Positions 11,515 to 25,616 of a stretch of 64,000 nucleotides of DNA are shown here, piece by piece. The notes beneath the pieces were generated by a model, which saw nothing but the letters and a program-made list of their open reading frames with translations, did not search any database and was not told where the DNA came from. Each line of letters starts with the position of its first letter. Position 1 is the first letter of the stretch. Made by a program: the position numbers and the translations under genes. The stretch is from Eledone cirrhosa (lineage: Eukaryota): NCBI GenBank assembly GCA_964016885.1, contig OZ024747.1:75516001-75580000 (forward strand), given 5' to 3'.

Positions 11515-13749
11515 AGAGGAACAATCGACCCAAGTACTAGACTGGTACTTTTTGTATCGACCTTGAATGGATGAAAGGCAAAGTTGACCTCAGCAGGATT
11601 CGAACTCAAAGAACGGAGAGCCGGAACGAATGACATAAAACATTCTATCCGGCGTTCTAACGACTCTGCCAATTCGCCGCCTTTTAAAAAACTATATCAA
11701 TCATCAAATAGAAGACATATATAAATTACTTAGCGATGCAACAAGCTTTGAAAGCAACGAACCTTCGAAAGGATGTAGGGGTTTAGAGAGGAACATAAAG
11801 ACGGATGATTTTGGAAAATAATTAATTTGAAATGCCATGATTATATGTTGACGCCTGGAAGCAGTGAGTGTGGAATGAAGAAATAACATTATGTTGTGTC
11901 TTGTCTGCTAACTATTGGGGTTTCACAAAGAATTCATTAAATAATGGGTGTTTCTGGCCATTCTCCGCGGTAATGCCTTTGCCTTCTTGTTAGTGGGGCG
12001 CAGTTGAGGCTCCGCTAAGACTGTGGTGTAGTAACTTCCCACCTCTCTCCCTTTCTTTGCTTGATTCTGTTTTCTTTTTCTTTTCCTTCCCTTTAATAAT
12101 TGTTTCTACTTTTGGCACAAGGCCAGCAATTACCCCAGTGTATTACTGGTGCTTTATTTTATCGACCCCGTAAGGATGAAAGGCAAAGTTAACCTCGGTG
12201 GGATTTGAACTCAGATCATAAAGAGCCGTAACTCTTTGATGCAAAGCATCACGTCAGACCCTCTACCGATACTGCCAATCCACCACCCATGTTTTGTTTT
12301 TGTATAAACAACGTGAAAATTAATTGTTTCTACTTTTGGCACAAGGCCAGCAATTATCACAGTGTATTACTGGTACTTTATTTTATCGACCCCGTAAGGA
12401 TGAAAGGCAAAGTTAACCTCGTCGGGATTTGAACTCAGAATGGCAAGAGCCGTAACTCTATGCTACAAAGCATGGCGTCCGACCCTCTACCGAGACTGCC
12501 AATCCAATGAAGTAAGTGTTGTTTACCGGTTCTTCAATGGGAGCAGTCATATGTTTAGTTGAGAGCAGACACATTAGTTCCAGTTTACAACACTGCTACC
12601 ATATGTACTGAAATGTGGAAGCTACATTATGGTGGTTCCATCGACAAGTAGCTAAGGACAAAGTGTCAATTCCTGCCATGCATGAATTTAATTTGATGCT
12701 TAGTGTAAAACTCAGAGAGATGAAAGATTAAATGATGGGATATAAAATTGCAAACGTGAAGTGATAAATATGACATTTGACCTCTAAACCAACTGACATT
12801 TCACCTCTAAACCAACTTCCTGGTCTTTGTTATAAACTTGGGATAGTCACTAAAATATATTTTATTCTGTTTACTTCATTTTATTATTATTTTCTGCAGT
12901 TATGGTGGATTGGCGGTATCAGTAGAGGGTCGGACGCCATGCTTTGCAGCACAGTTACGTCCCTTTACGGACTGAGTTCAAGACCCGCCGAGGTTAACTT
13001 TGCCTTTCATCCTTAAGGGGTCAATAAAATAAAGTACCAGTAATACACTGGGATAATTGCTGGCCTTGTGCCAAAAGTAGAAACAATTATTTTTCAAAGC
13101 TGTTTATACTATTAAAGGGAACAACAATAAAAGAACCAAAAGAAAAAAGAATCAAGTCATGAGATAAATGTATGGCTGTTGACGTTCTGAGTTCAAATCC
13201 CGCCGAGGTTAGCTTTGCCGTTCATCCATACGGGGTCGATAAAATAAAGTACCAGTCACGCACTGGGGTCGATTTAATCGCCTGTCCCCTATCCCAAAAT
13301 TGCTGGCCTTGTGCCTATATAAGTAACCATTATTATTAGGTGGATTGGCAGAGTGTCGGACACCATACTTTGTGGCATATAGTTATGTTGCTTTACGTTC
13401 TGAGTTCAAATCCCTCTGAGGTGAGCTTTGCTTTTCATCCTGAAGGGGGGTTGATAGAGTAATGTACCAGTAACGCGCTGTGGTCAATTTAATCAACTTC
13501 CACCCACAAAAACTGTTGGCCTTGTGTCTAAATCAGAAACTATTATTTACTGTTACAAAGAGCAGTGGGTTGGATGTAATCCGTCGAAGGTCGGACATAT
13601 TTTGTGGCATAGAGTTACTGTCTTTTACGTTCTGGGTTCAAATCTCGCCGAGGTGAGTTTTGACCTTCATCCTTACGGGGTAGATAAAAGAAAGTACCAG
13701 TAATGTACTAGGATAATTGCTGGCCTTGTGCCAAAAGTAGAAACAATTC
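11515..13749. mobile_element. Cluster of seven tRNA-derived SINEs (Meta/MESC-like central domain)
   Basis: Approximate copies: 11515-11681(-), 12098-12288(-), 12321-12508(-), 12904-13090(+), 13183-13337(+), 13338-13547(+), 13564-13749(+). A box TGGCAGTATCGG, B box GAGTTCAAATCC, core GCCTTTCATCCTTACGGGGTCGATAAAATAAAGTACC. Confidence 0.9.
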
Positions 13750-14195
13750 TTTACTGTTGCAAGTTTAAGGTTATGTTGATAGTCGTTTTAATCATCTTAG
13801 TCAAGTGATATCATCGTTACAACTTTCTATGGTGAGTTAGGTGGAGTGGAAGTTACTACAATTGGAATAATGAATATATGATGTAATTGTGTCGCAACTA
13901 GGGACCTGAATATATAAACAAACAGTGCAATTATGGTAACTGGTTAGTTGTATGCTAATTAGGTATTGCTAATTAGTTAATGTTAATGAGATACTGCAGC
14001 AAATCTTGGCTCCGCTAAGATCATAATGGTTATACACTCAAACACACCCGTATATACATAAATACATATATATATACATACATGTATACGTACATACATG
14101 CATACAAGAAAAGAACAATGTCTTTATAAAAGGAAAACAAAGTATTTATCGTAATAGGTTAAATCTGACCCACCTTCAAATATATATATATATAA

Positions 14196-14246
<51 letters not shown>

Positions 14247-14520
14247 ATATAAGGATGATGATTGCGTTGACGATGTAGCTTATGATGATGACTGTGAATA
14301 TAATTGGTGATGATAATAATAAAGAGCTAGGGAGGAAAGAAAAAAAAAAAAGGTTTCATCGTAACGACAAGAAAGATAATTATATTGTTGCTGAACGGGA
14401 TGAGCATCATCCTCACGTTGATGATAAGGACAGGGTTTGTGATTGGCATGTTTTTTAAGAAGATCGTGTTATTTGGACAAAATACAATCGTTTTCTCGAG
14501 ATTTATTTAACCAGATTTTT

Positions 14521-15183
14521 AACCAATCAACCAGCCAGCCAACCAACCAACCAACCAGCCAACCAGCCAGCCAACCAACCAACCAACCAACCAGCCAACC
14601 AGCCAACCAACCAACCAACCAACCAACCAGCCAACCAACCAACCAACCAACCAACCAACCAACCAACCAACCAGCCAACCAACCAACCAACCAACCAGCC
14701 AGCCAACCAACCAACCAACCAACCAACCAGCCAGCCAACCAACCAACCAACCAACCAACCAACCAGCCAGCCAGCCAACCTGCCAACCAGCCAACCAACT
14801 AAGCAACCAACCAACCAACCAGCCAGCCAGCCAACCAACCAACCAACCAACCAGCCAGCCAACCAACCTTCCAACCAGCCAACCAACCTTCCAACCAGCC
14901 AACCAACTAAGCAACCAACCAAGCAACCAACCAACCAACCAGCCAGCCAACCAACCAACCAACCAACCAGCCAGCCAACCAACCAACCAACCAACCAGCC
15001 AGCCAACCAACCAACCATCAGCCAGCCAACCAACCAACCAATCAACCAGCCAACCAACCTTCAAACCAGCCAACCAACTAAGCAACCAACCAACCAGCCA
15101 ACCAACCAACCAACCAACCAACCAGCCAACCAACCTTCCAACCAACCAACCAACCAGCCAACCAGCCAACCAACTAAGCAACC
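14521..15183. repeat. (AACC/AGCC)n tetranucleotide array
   Basis: Direct reading; explains the LVGW and QPTN ORFs. Confidence 0.97.
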
Positions 15184-16002
15184 ATTCCTTTATTCACATT
15201 GATGCAATTAATGATCAACTTCATAACTTATTTAAAATGTTTCTACAATCTTCATGTACACCCATATCAGTTGCAGAAAACGAAACCTTGGAGAAAAATC
15301 TATCCAGAGGTGTTACTTCTGCTGAAAACAGTAGCAATATATAATAAGTGTTTTGTTCTAGTTCCCTTCGCGTGGAGGAACAAATCCAGCAATGTATTCT
15401 AATGTGTCGGCTATCTAAAAATGGGGACTTTTTATGGCCGTTGGACCTAATAGAAATAGCAGTCAAATATTGCTAAATTAACACCATACCACCTGTCCTA
15501 AATATGAAGTACATCTTAGATGATGTAATCACTGTACACTATTACATCCACAAAAGTAAGTACGGGTTGTTCACGAATGGAATTCCCTTGTTCGTAGATT
15601 TAGTCTATAATTAATGACCCGTGGGGTAACAGCATCAATAACAACAACAATAATTAAATACTCATTATATGATGGTTCCCGGCAAAAACCTATTATAAAA
15701 AGCCAAGTCACGTGTCTCTTATTTCGTTTGGTGGTTTCCCTCTTTGTATATCTCAATATAGGAATGTGTAGATAGCTGTGTTGAGAGGCGATGAAGTATG
15801 ATATAGAGAGGTGGATTAGATAGATAAACAGATAGGTTGAGAGAGTAGACAGAAGAGGGGCAGAAAGAGGCAAAATGAGAGAAAGAGAAAGAGGGAAAAA
15901 TAAACAGATTTCATCCATCAAGAGAGAAAATGTATAGCATTAGAGATGAGAGAGATAGAGAGAGAGAGAGATACATACATATATATACATATATATATAT
16001 AT

Positions 16003-16037
<35 letters not shown>

Positions 16038-16050
16038 TAGATATATATAG

Positions 16051-16081
<31 letters not shown>

Positions 16082-16126
16082 TAGAGAGAGAGCGAGAGTG
16101 AGAGATAGATAGATAGAGAGAGAGAG

Positions 16127-16215
<89 letters not shown>

Positions 16216-16618
16216 AACAATTGAACTGTAAAATACAGTTACAAGATTTGGGCGAATAGATTTTCAAAGAAAAAATAGATAAAGAAAGCGAGGTGCGGCA
16301 CGAATCTCATTTATATACGTATTTCCCTTTAACTATGGCATGCTGTTGTTGAATAGCATAAATATACGTAATGGGACACAAAAGCATGGCCGGTTGGTTA
16401 AGTGGTTCGTTTCACATTTACGTGCTTTCAGATGCGATGCTACAGCACACAGTTTCATGTCGTCCAATATGGTTCAACGGAAAATGTGTTGTGTCGTGTT
16501 TTTTTTCTATGGAAGCAACTTAATGAGAGATACTTTTCCTCCTCCAAATAAATAATAAAAATAGATCTAAGACGTGTACACACGGGTAAATATACAAACG
16601 ACTGCAGAATACTTACGC

Positions 16619-16754
<136 letters not shown>

Positions 16755-17093
16755 GCACACACACACACACACACATATATATAGTCATTTTTATTATTCC
16801 ACAATGCTTCAAGCAAACTTCAACACTTATATATATATACAATATATGAACATACAGCCAGGATGCGTCACAAATACATCAAGATGTAGAATAAAGCAAT
16901 GAAGTTGAATTTAAGTTAACCACGATAAATTAATTGTACAATAAGTAATTTTAATGCAGTCATTTGGAGTATATATATTTGATAACTACATGCACGTGTG
17001 TGAACTTGTAAATACATCCATATATGTGCAGAGATGCGTATAATTATGTATACATACTTAAGAAAAACACATCACCTTAACCCCATATGTATG

Positions 17094-17129
<36 letters not shown>

Positions 17130-17211
17130 TACGTGTGTGTGTGTATTTATGAGTGTATGTATATATATATATATATGTATATACATACACTCATACATAC
17201 ACACACACACA

Positions 17212-17318
<107 letters not shown>

Positions 17319-17342
17319 ATTAAATCTATATATATATGTGAA

Positions 17343-17570
17343 GGCGTGTGGCTGATTGGTTAGAGAATTGGATTCGCAATCGTAAGGTTGTGAGTTCGAT
17401 TCCTGGACCAGGCGATGCGTTATGTCCTTGAGTAAGACACTTTATTTCACGTTGCTCCTTCTACCTGGAGTTGCGACCGATAGATAGTATTAGCAATGGG
17501 AAAGACCAACGGAAACATTGTTTCCTCGGTCCGATTTGACGAAAGTCGATCGTTCCAAAGTATATATGTA
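17343..17570 (+). mobile_element. tRNA-derived CORE-like SINE
   Basis: A box TGGCTGATTGG, B box GAGTTCGATTCC, CORE-like GTCCTTGAGTAAGACACTT. A 5'-truncated second copy lies at 50615-50785. Confidence 0.8.
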
Positions 17571-18088
17571 CACTACCGCAGGCAATGTATTGAAACTGAG
17601 CGAAAGTGATGGTGCTTCCAATTAGTTTCAACATAAAGATTTCTATAAAAGTATTATTCTTATCAGAAATATCTTTAGAACAATAAGACCCCGATTGCTG
17701 TCTTTTGTGTTGCTGTCGTTACTGTTGTTCTTGTTGTTCTTGTTGTCTTCAACGACGATGTCCTTATATTTTCTTTGTAATGTTTCGTCTCATGTATGAT
17801 AATGTGGCAATTAGAAAAATTATTTCTATTATTATTAGTTTCTGAACTACACATACGTGTTTTATTACGGTCTGAAGGTAGATTTTATTTATCAAAAATA
17901 TAACCCGTTCCTGGTTTCTATAAAGGGGTGATCGACTCTATTCATTTCTGCATCTAATGGCAGGAATTTTTATTGAAATAAAAATAGCTTGCGAACCAGA
18001 TAGTCACTGGTCAGCCCCATAGAACCTTTACTAGACAGTTAGCTAGTAATCCACCCTACCTGTCACTCATCCAGCCATTAAATCTTTC

Positions 18089-20475
18089 GCTGGATTGGCA
18101 GTATCGGTAGAGGGTCGGGCGCCGTGCTTTGAAGCAAAGAGTTACGTCCCTTTATGATGTGAGTTCAAATCCCGCCGAGGTTAACTTTTCCTTTCATCCT
18201 TACGGGGTCGATAAAATAAAGTATCAGTAATACACTGAAATAATTGCTGGCCTTGTGCCAAAAGTAGAAACAAATCTTTCACAGGTGCCGTCCCAGAACT
18301 GGAGAGTGTCTCATATGAAGAATAAAGGTAAGGGAGGCCAGGTTTATTGTTAAAAACTGTCATTCTGGTGTGTGACTGTCGCAAAAGAAATTGATGTGGC
18401 ACCTCTCCTCACATTTACATACCGTAAATTTGTGACTATTATTCTGTAAGTGGAATACGCCATTGAATCAAACATCCGAACTGCGGAAGATCAGGCCAAA
18501 TCCCATTCCTTCGTGACTTTGAGGAGCAAGAAGTGATCCCGTGCCTTCATACTGTGGTCAAAGATGGGATAACATTAGGATGATGCAAGTGCTGCCCACA
18601 GCCTGTCCTGATTAACATCGGTCGTCACTCCAGTACCAAAGATGTTGTCCGGCGCTCTACCGATTCTATTGCCAATAATAATAAATAATGGTTTCTGATT
18701 TAGGCACAAGGCCAACAATCTTTTGGGAAGGAAAAGTCGGTTAAATCGACCCCAGTGCGTTACTGGTACTTTATTTTATCGACCCTGTAAGGATGAAAAG
18801 CAAAACAAACCTTGGCAAGATTTGAACTCAGTATGTAAAAGACGATAACTATATGCCACAGAACACGTCCGACTCTCTACCGGTTCTACTGCCAGTAATA
18901 ATTGTTTCTACTTTTTGGCACAAGGCCAGCAATTACTCAGTGCATTACTGGTACTTTATTTTATCGACCCTGTAAGGATGAAAGGCAAAGTTAACCTCGG
19001 CGGGATTTGAATTCAGTCCGTAAAGGGACGTAAATATGCTGCAAAGCATAGCGTCCGACTCTCTACCGATACTGCCAATCCACAATAATAATGGTTTCTT
19101 ATATAGGCACAAGGCCAGTAATTTGGGGGGAGGGAAAAGTCGATTAAATCGACCCCAGTGCGTGACTGGTACTTTATTTTATCGACCCCGTAAGGATGAA
19201 AGGCAAAGTAAACCTCGGCGGGATTTGAACTCAGAACGTAAAGACCCGTAACTCTATGCTGCAAAGCATGGCGTTTGACATTCTACCGATACTGCCAATC
19301 CACCGCCCTTCTACTGCCAGTAATAATGATAGTGATGATAATAAATTCGTTAGGAAATTATAACCTTTATGACATAGTTCATAAAGGAACATGTGCTGAA
19401 AAGCAATGACAATTATTTTCGTAACATGAAGAGCAAGGAATTTGAAGGTGAAAAATATCACCCTTTACTTCTGTTGATGTAAATGTGCAAGTGTACTCAG
19501 CTTCCGGATAACTTCCTTTTCTTTTTAATTATTTATAGATTCTATACTCTTTTACATGCACCAAAACTATTCTAGTTGTTAGGTTGAAGCAATTTTTGTT
19601 TTCATTCCATATGTTTCAACATGAACAGCTGGAGTTTTGTTGCAGTATTCTCTAATTCAACTTTACGTTCTTCATTAAACCATTTTATCCATCATCTTAG
19701 CATATTATTAATTACTGTAGCAGGGCGGTGGATTGGCAGTATCGATAGAGGATCGGACACCATGCTTTGACGCATGCTTTGACGTAAGTTACGGCCCTTG
19801 CCATTCTGAGTTCAAATCGCGCCGAGGTTAACTTTGCCTTTCATCCTTACCGGGTCGATAAAATAAAGTACCAGTAATGCACTGGGTAATTGCTGGCCTT
19901 GTGCCAAAAAGTAGAAACAATTATTAATTACTGCAGCAACGAATAAAGTAAGTTATTAATTTAGCAGATTTCTTTACAAGTCTAAATTATAAAATATGAT
20001 AAATCCGCCAGGACAGAAATTACAATATTTATAAAAAATAGATAATGAAAACAATTAATCACCTTAGATATTACGACCATAAGTTCAAGACATTGAAATC
20101 TTACAAGTTGTTTGCTACGAAAAGGGAAGAAAGTGTATAAATATTTAATATGGGAGTTAAATATCCCATATTTCCTTTACTTAGATATTTAAATTTTCTT
20201 CAAATAACTTCGTAAATTAATTATCAATTAATTATATAATTGGTCATATGCAAATGACTCATTTACGTGATGGAAGAATAAAGTTGAGGCAGTGGTATTT
20301 ATTAGTCTTCAAATTGGCTGAGTGATTAAAATGTCTGATAGAATGTTTGTCGTATTTGTTTTGGCTCTCTGCTCTCTGCTCTCTGCTCTCTGAGTTCAAA
20401 TCCCGCCAAGGTTAGCTTTGCTTTTCCTCCTTTCGAGGTTGATAAAAATGTACCAGTCTAGTACTGGAGTTGATT
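18089..20475. mobile_element. Second cluster of the abundant SINE family
   Basis: Approximate copies: 18089-18273(+), 18685-18890(-), 18898-19083(-), 19086-19308(-), 19722-19924(+, with TSD ATTATTAATTACTGYAGCA), 20315-20475(+). Confidence 0.9.
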
Positions 20476-21973
20476 CTTCTTCTATATTTCTTCCCCCACT
20501 TCCTTCCTCTCACTCTCTATACTTTTCTGGAAGAAATCTGCTGTATTCAGACCTGGAGAGGAGATGGTCTCCGTCATACATTAAAATGCCCCAGAAAAGC
20601 TTAATGTCGATACGGTGCTCCTACGACTCCTTCAGGAGTTACGGGACCATGCATACACTGGTATTTATTAGGGTAGGGATTGTGACTGTTATGGGTTGGA
20701 GTTACTGGTAGCAATTTTGATGGGTGTAGTTATTACGGAATTAGGAATAGTAACGAGAGTGGCAGTGGCTTTCTTGGTTTGATTGCAAATCAAGCTGAGG
20801 TTTGGATGACTTTTTTAAATCTCACCTTTGGTAACTCAAGCACGTTTCATCAGATGAACCTTTCTGTAAAGTCTAATGATCCTTATTTGTTTACACTCGA
20901 CGGTAAACCATTCCAGTATGTTTTTCTGATTTTCTAACATTCTATGATCAACGTAATAAAACCTGCAGCACTACACCAAGAAAGCACGCCTCATTGGTAG
21001 AACTAGAACCTGGGGATATGTGTTGAATATCTTGAAGACGAAGGTAGAGTCTTATTGTTCAATGAACAAAACCGACAGAATTACTAACCCACCCGAATAA
21101 TAAATTACATAATAATAATGCCTGTGTAGACATTTTCAAGCTTCTGAATACCGTGTGATTAAGCCGTAATTTGATTTGTAGAAGTTTAATTATTTATACG
21201 AACAAGGAAACAGGAAATGACTTGAAAATGATGCAATTTGGAAAGGGTGCTTTATGTATTTTGTGTGATGCAAACGTTAAAAAGAGCAATATAGAGTGTG
21301 TTGGGCGTGAAGAAGAGAAAGACAGAGTAGATGTAACGATTTATGGCAGACTATACTAATTGATAAATTAAATAATTAATGAGAGAAACTATATTGTAAT
21401 TAACAGTACGTTTTATAGTAAATACACTCTAAAAACCAACTGACACTATTAATACAGGGTGGAGTGATCATGAAATTGTAAAATTAGGTTAGAATAAAAA
21501 ATATCTAAAAAGCAATTACGTGTTTGAAATATTTATACATGTAGTTTGAGGAAATATAAATTATGGGTAATGACTGAGATTTTAGTAACTAAGTAACACA
21601 AATGATGTTTTTCTATTCGAATATAATAACCGAGGTTAATGTTGATTGAGCAGGCTTATGATCAAATATGTTCCAGTTGAAATTATTATTCTTTTCTTTA
21701 TTCCGGCATAGCGTGATTTAAATTGAAGAATTGTTGGTGAAAAGCGACTGTATAAAAGTTCTCTCAGAGACCCATTTCACTCATACTATTTAGTCTTAAA
21801 TCAAACCTATGACGATCCATACTTTTACATATTTTACATTTATGACTGTATTATTCAATGTGTCCTTCACTTTTAGGAAAGTATCATGTGTTTTACAGCT
21901 GATTTATCTGCTATTTCTAGCAGATCAAAAGAAAACATTATATAGAAGCTCTATATAAGCTCTATATATTAGT

Positions 21974-22162
21974 GCGGTTGATTGGCAGTATCGGTAGAGG
22001 GTCTGACGCCATGCTTTGCAGCATCGAGTTACGGCCCTTTATGATCTGAGTTCAAATCCCGCCAAGGTTAACTTTGCCTTTCATCCTTACGGGGTCGATA
22101 AAATGAAGTACCAGTAATGTACTGTATTAATTGCTGGCCTTGTGCCAAACGTAGAAACAATT
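21974..22162 (+). mobile_element. SINE (abundant family)
   Basis: Full A box, B box and core; ends GTAGAAACAATT. Confidence 0.9.
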
Positions 22163-23122
22163 GTATAGAAGCTCTCCATTGGCTCGCTTCGGTTAGTGAT
22201 TTAGAATCATTATATTGATTTTTAACTTAAACACAATGATGGATACACATTTTGATGAGGGGGTGTAGCACAGATGATCGATACTAGTCCAAGGTTGACT
22301 TCGTTGAGAGTAAAAAACATGTCGACGAAAGCAACTAGCCACAGCAAAACATTTTATTCGATATCATCACTAATTCTGCCAATCTCTGGTTCTCTAGAGT
22401 AACATTGTATGTATATGTATATATATATATATATACATAAGCACATATATATGCGTATATGTACATATGTTTTCATATACATACATATATACATATATTA
22501 ATATATTAGATATACATTGAGGGAGAGAGAGAGAGAGAGTAGAGAATTACAGATAGCCATGTATGTAGGTAATTAGGTAGATAGATAACCTTGTTATGGA
22601 GAGTAAGTGGTATAAACATTAACATATAACGAAGAGAACATTTATACAGAAATACGAAAACAAAACAAAACAGATTTCCGAATGTTCAAACTTTGTCGTT
22701 GATAAAATGTTGGAATCTAGTACATATAAATAATGAATACTGTTTTATAAATGTTATGTCTATCGGAAGCTAAAACTAGTGATTGCTTTGAATCAACTTT
22801 TATTCAATGTTAGAATCAGTTGCAGTTTGACAGATACTGTGGTAATGTACAGCAACATCTGTCGCTAAATACAGTGAAACGACTGGCTTTTGTAACAATA
22901 AGCTGTTAAATATATGGATTCTACTATCACATTTACTTTCTACATTCTCTTATGCTTTCACTATTTTATTATCTTATTGAAATTTCATAGTTCAATAAGC
23001 ATTCGTGACGTGTGATTACCACGTCTTATTTTGTAACTATATATATATATATATATTTAATAGAAAAAAAATGACGTAACCTTTACCCCTAGTATTTCAT
23101 CGTAAAACCTACACTATATATG

Positions 23123-23160
<38 letters not shown>

Positions 23161-23167
23161 TATACAC

Positions 23168-23310
23168 ATTATATTTGGGGATGGTCATATTGCCATTAGA
23201 ATGAGATACACGCACCATATCTCTATTGCTCGTTATTCATTCTTCATTCGTTTGTCAAAGTTTTTTCGTCGCACATTCTGTGACCTCCTCAATGAGAGTA
23301 GGCACAAAAC
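23168..23310 (-). mobile_element. PLE pLTR end of a family related to 6889-8052, with decayed hammerhead (23255-23295)
   Basis: TATATTTGGGGATGGTCATATT matches the PLE terminus TATATTTGGGGAGGGTCATATT. Minus strand has CA-TTGAGGA-G-GTCACA-GAATG-TGCGAC-GAAA. Abuts (TA)n. Confidence 0.7.
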
Positions 23311-23330
23311 ACACACGCACACACACACGC

Positions 23331-23403
<73 letters not shown>

Positions 23404-24619
23404 GAGAGAGAGAGTGCAGTACTGAGACCGGGGAGACCACTAATCATGGGGAGGTGGAGAGTGGGTATAGAGACATCTAATATCTCGACAGCTTCACCAA
23501 GGGTTTCAGCTTGTGACCATACTTTATGTGACAATATTGTATTCCTGGGAAATGTGGCAAATACCGCAGAACAAGAAAAATGTCACACTGTATCTCATAC
23601 GTCTCTACATGGTACAACTTTCAGGTTATATGTATTTGACAGTGTTGGTACAAGTAGTTACAGATGTTAGAGAGTGCAGTTTTTTAGGTGTAACTTTTGT
23701 GATTTTATCTGGCTTTTGAGATTTTTAGATTTCAGTTTTGCTTTTTTCCGTCTGATGGAACGATGGGTAAAAATCATGGCCTTCTTTAGATGGAATTCTG
23801 TATTTTTTGCTTTTCTTTTCTTTATGCGACATCTGGTAAAATAATCGTTTGGTGTTATAATGTCGGTGCATTATTTAAGTTTGTTTGTTTATCAAATTTT
23901 TTGTTATTACTGTTGCTAATTATTCTCTACATGGATTTATTATTTCTAGTTTTGTGGTATACGTTTAATACAGAAGTTTACAGGTTTTTTGGTTTATGTC
24001 AAATACAGAAGTTTACAGGTTTTGTGGTTTCTGTCGAATGCAGATGTTGACAAATTTTATGTTTCAATGATTTATTTTGTTAAAATATTCCATTGTTTAT
24101 TTGTGTATTGTTAATTATATTTCGATGGACTCTGGTTTTGGTATATTACTTTTTAGTCTCCCGAAGGTTTTTAGAAATCTAGTTATTTCTAAGGTGTAAT
24201 TGGTATTTTCATGTTGTCTTGTGGGAATATGTTTTAGAATGTGTTTATAATTATTTTCTTGAAGGTATGTACTGCATTGTTCTTACTAGTGATTCTGATT
24301 ATGTTAAACTCTGAAAACTTCGATTCAATATTTTTTATATGAAACATGCTGCATTGAAATGTTTCAACGTTTGAAAAATTGATTTTGTATTTTTTAACGA
24401 TGTGTTACTAAGGAGAAATGGTGAGTGTATCAAGGAATGCAAAGGTAAGAAAGTGTGAGGAGCGGAAGGAGGTGTCAAGGAAGACAATGTTACAGTTTAC
24501 GTAAGTGATGCATTACGTAAAATATGCTTTAGCGAGGATTGTTTAGAATATAAAGGGAATTTAGTCACGGTGCCATCTCCTCAGCAACCCGTTTCATGCT
24601 GGTATCGAGATATTTGAAG

Positions 24620-24900
24620 AGAGATGCATGGTTGTAGCTGGGGCACTCGGGCAAGTACCGTTTATTACAGGCTCGGATCGACCTAAACCTTATGAATGAA
24701 ATTGGATAGACGGAAACATTTGAGATACCCGTCGGATGGACTGTATCTATATTTCAAAGTTGCAACCTTGTCCCATAGACTGTGTCACATTGAATTTCCA
24801 TGAGAATTACGTCAAGGGTACACATATCTATGGAATGCTCAGGCCCTTACACGTTGATATCAGGAGCAGGCTGTTTCAAACAATGATAACATCGATCGTC
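24620..24900 (+). mobile_element. Degenerate SINE body plus an old dispersed repeat module
   Basis: CTCGGGCAAGT...GACGGAAAC...CCCGTCG body, related to minus-strand pieces at about 40170-40335 and 44770-44885. The module 24780-24880 recurs at about 10630-10690, 26938-27040 and 55465-55570(-). Confidence 0.6.
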
Positions 24901-25325
24901 GAAGTGGGTGGAGTTCAATTTCATTTTCCGAAACATAATTTCAACACTGTCGTTCGTTGTTAGCCTTTCTCAAAGAAAATTAACATATTCTTGGCAAGCT
25001 ACCGACATATTCTTATGTGAAGGTTACCCTTTGTAGTCCTAAAGCGTCACATTGCCATCTCCTCCCATTTCAGCCTCCCTCCTGCCTCCTCGCAGCTGTT
25101 TTCTGTAACATAAATACAAAAGCCAATGGGGAGGTGTATGAGGCGGGGGAGTTGTTAAGACCATCGTTGTTACTTCTACTTTACAGTAAAACTATATCTC
25201 ACCCTCACTGTAATATATATGCTGTCAACTAACAGGCAAGTTTATCTAGAGGAAACTCACACTGACATACTTATCATTGCATGTTATTATTTCACTTCTT
25301 TTGTAATAAGGAATAGATAGACAGA

Positions 25326-25454
<129 letters not shown>

Positions 25455-25520
25455 ATAGGTAGATAGATAGATGGAGAGAGATATATGGATAGGTAGATAG
25501 ATAGATAGATTGATTGATAG

Positions 25521-25616
<96 letters not shown>

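Noticed and set aside
17343-17415. tRNA gene
   Set aside because: A and B boxes are present, but it continues into a SINE body and gives no convincing cloverleaf.
23550-24300. Possible decayed minus-strand PLE linker region
   Set aside because: Only faint motif hints (KQN*NLK, Cys cluster); not supportable without a profile search.
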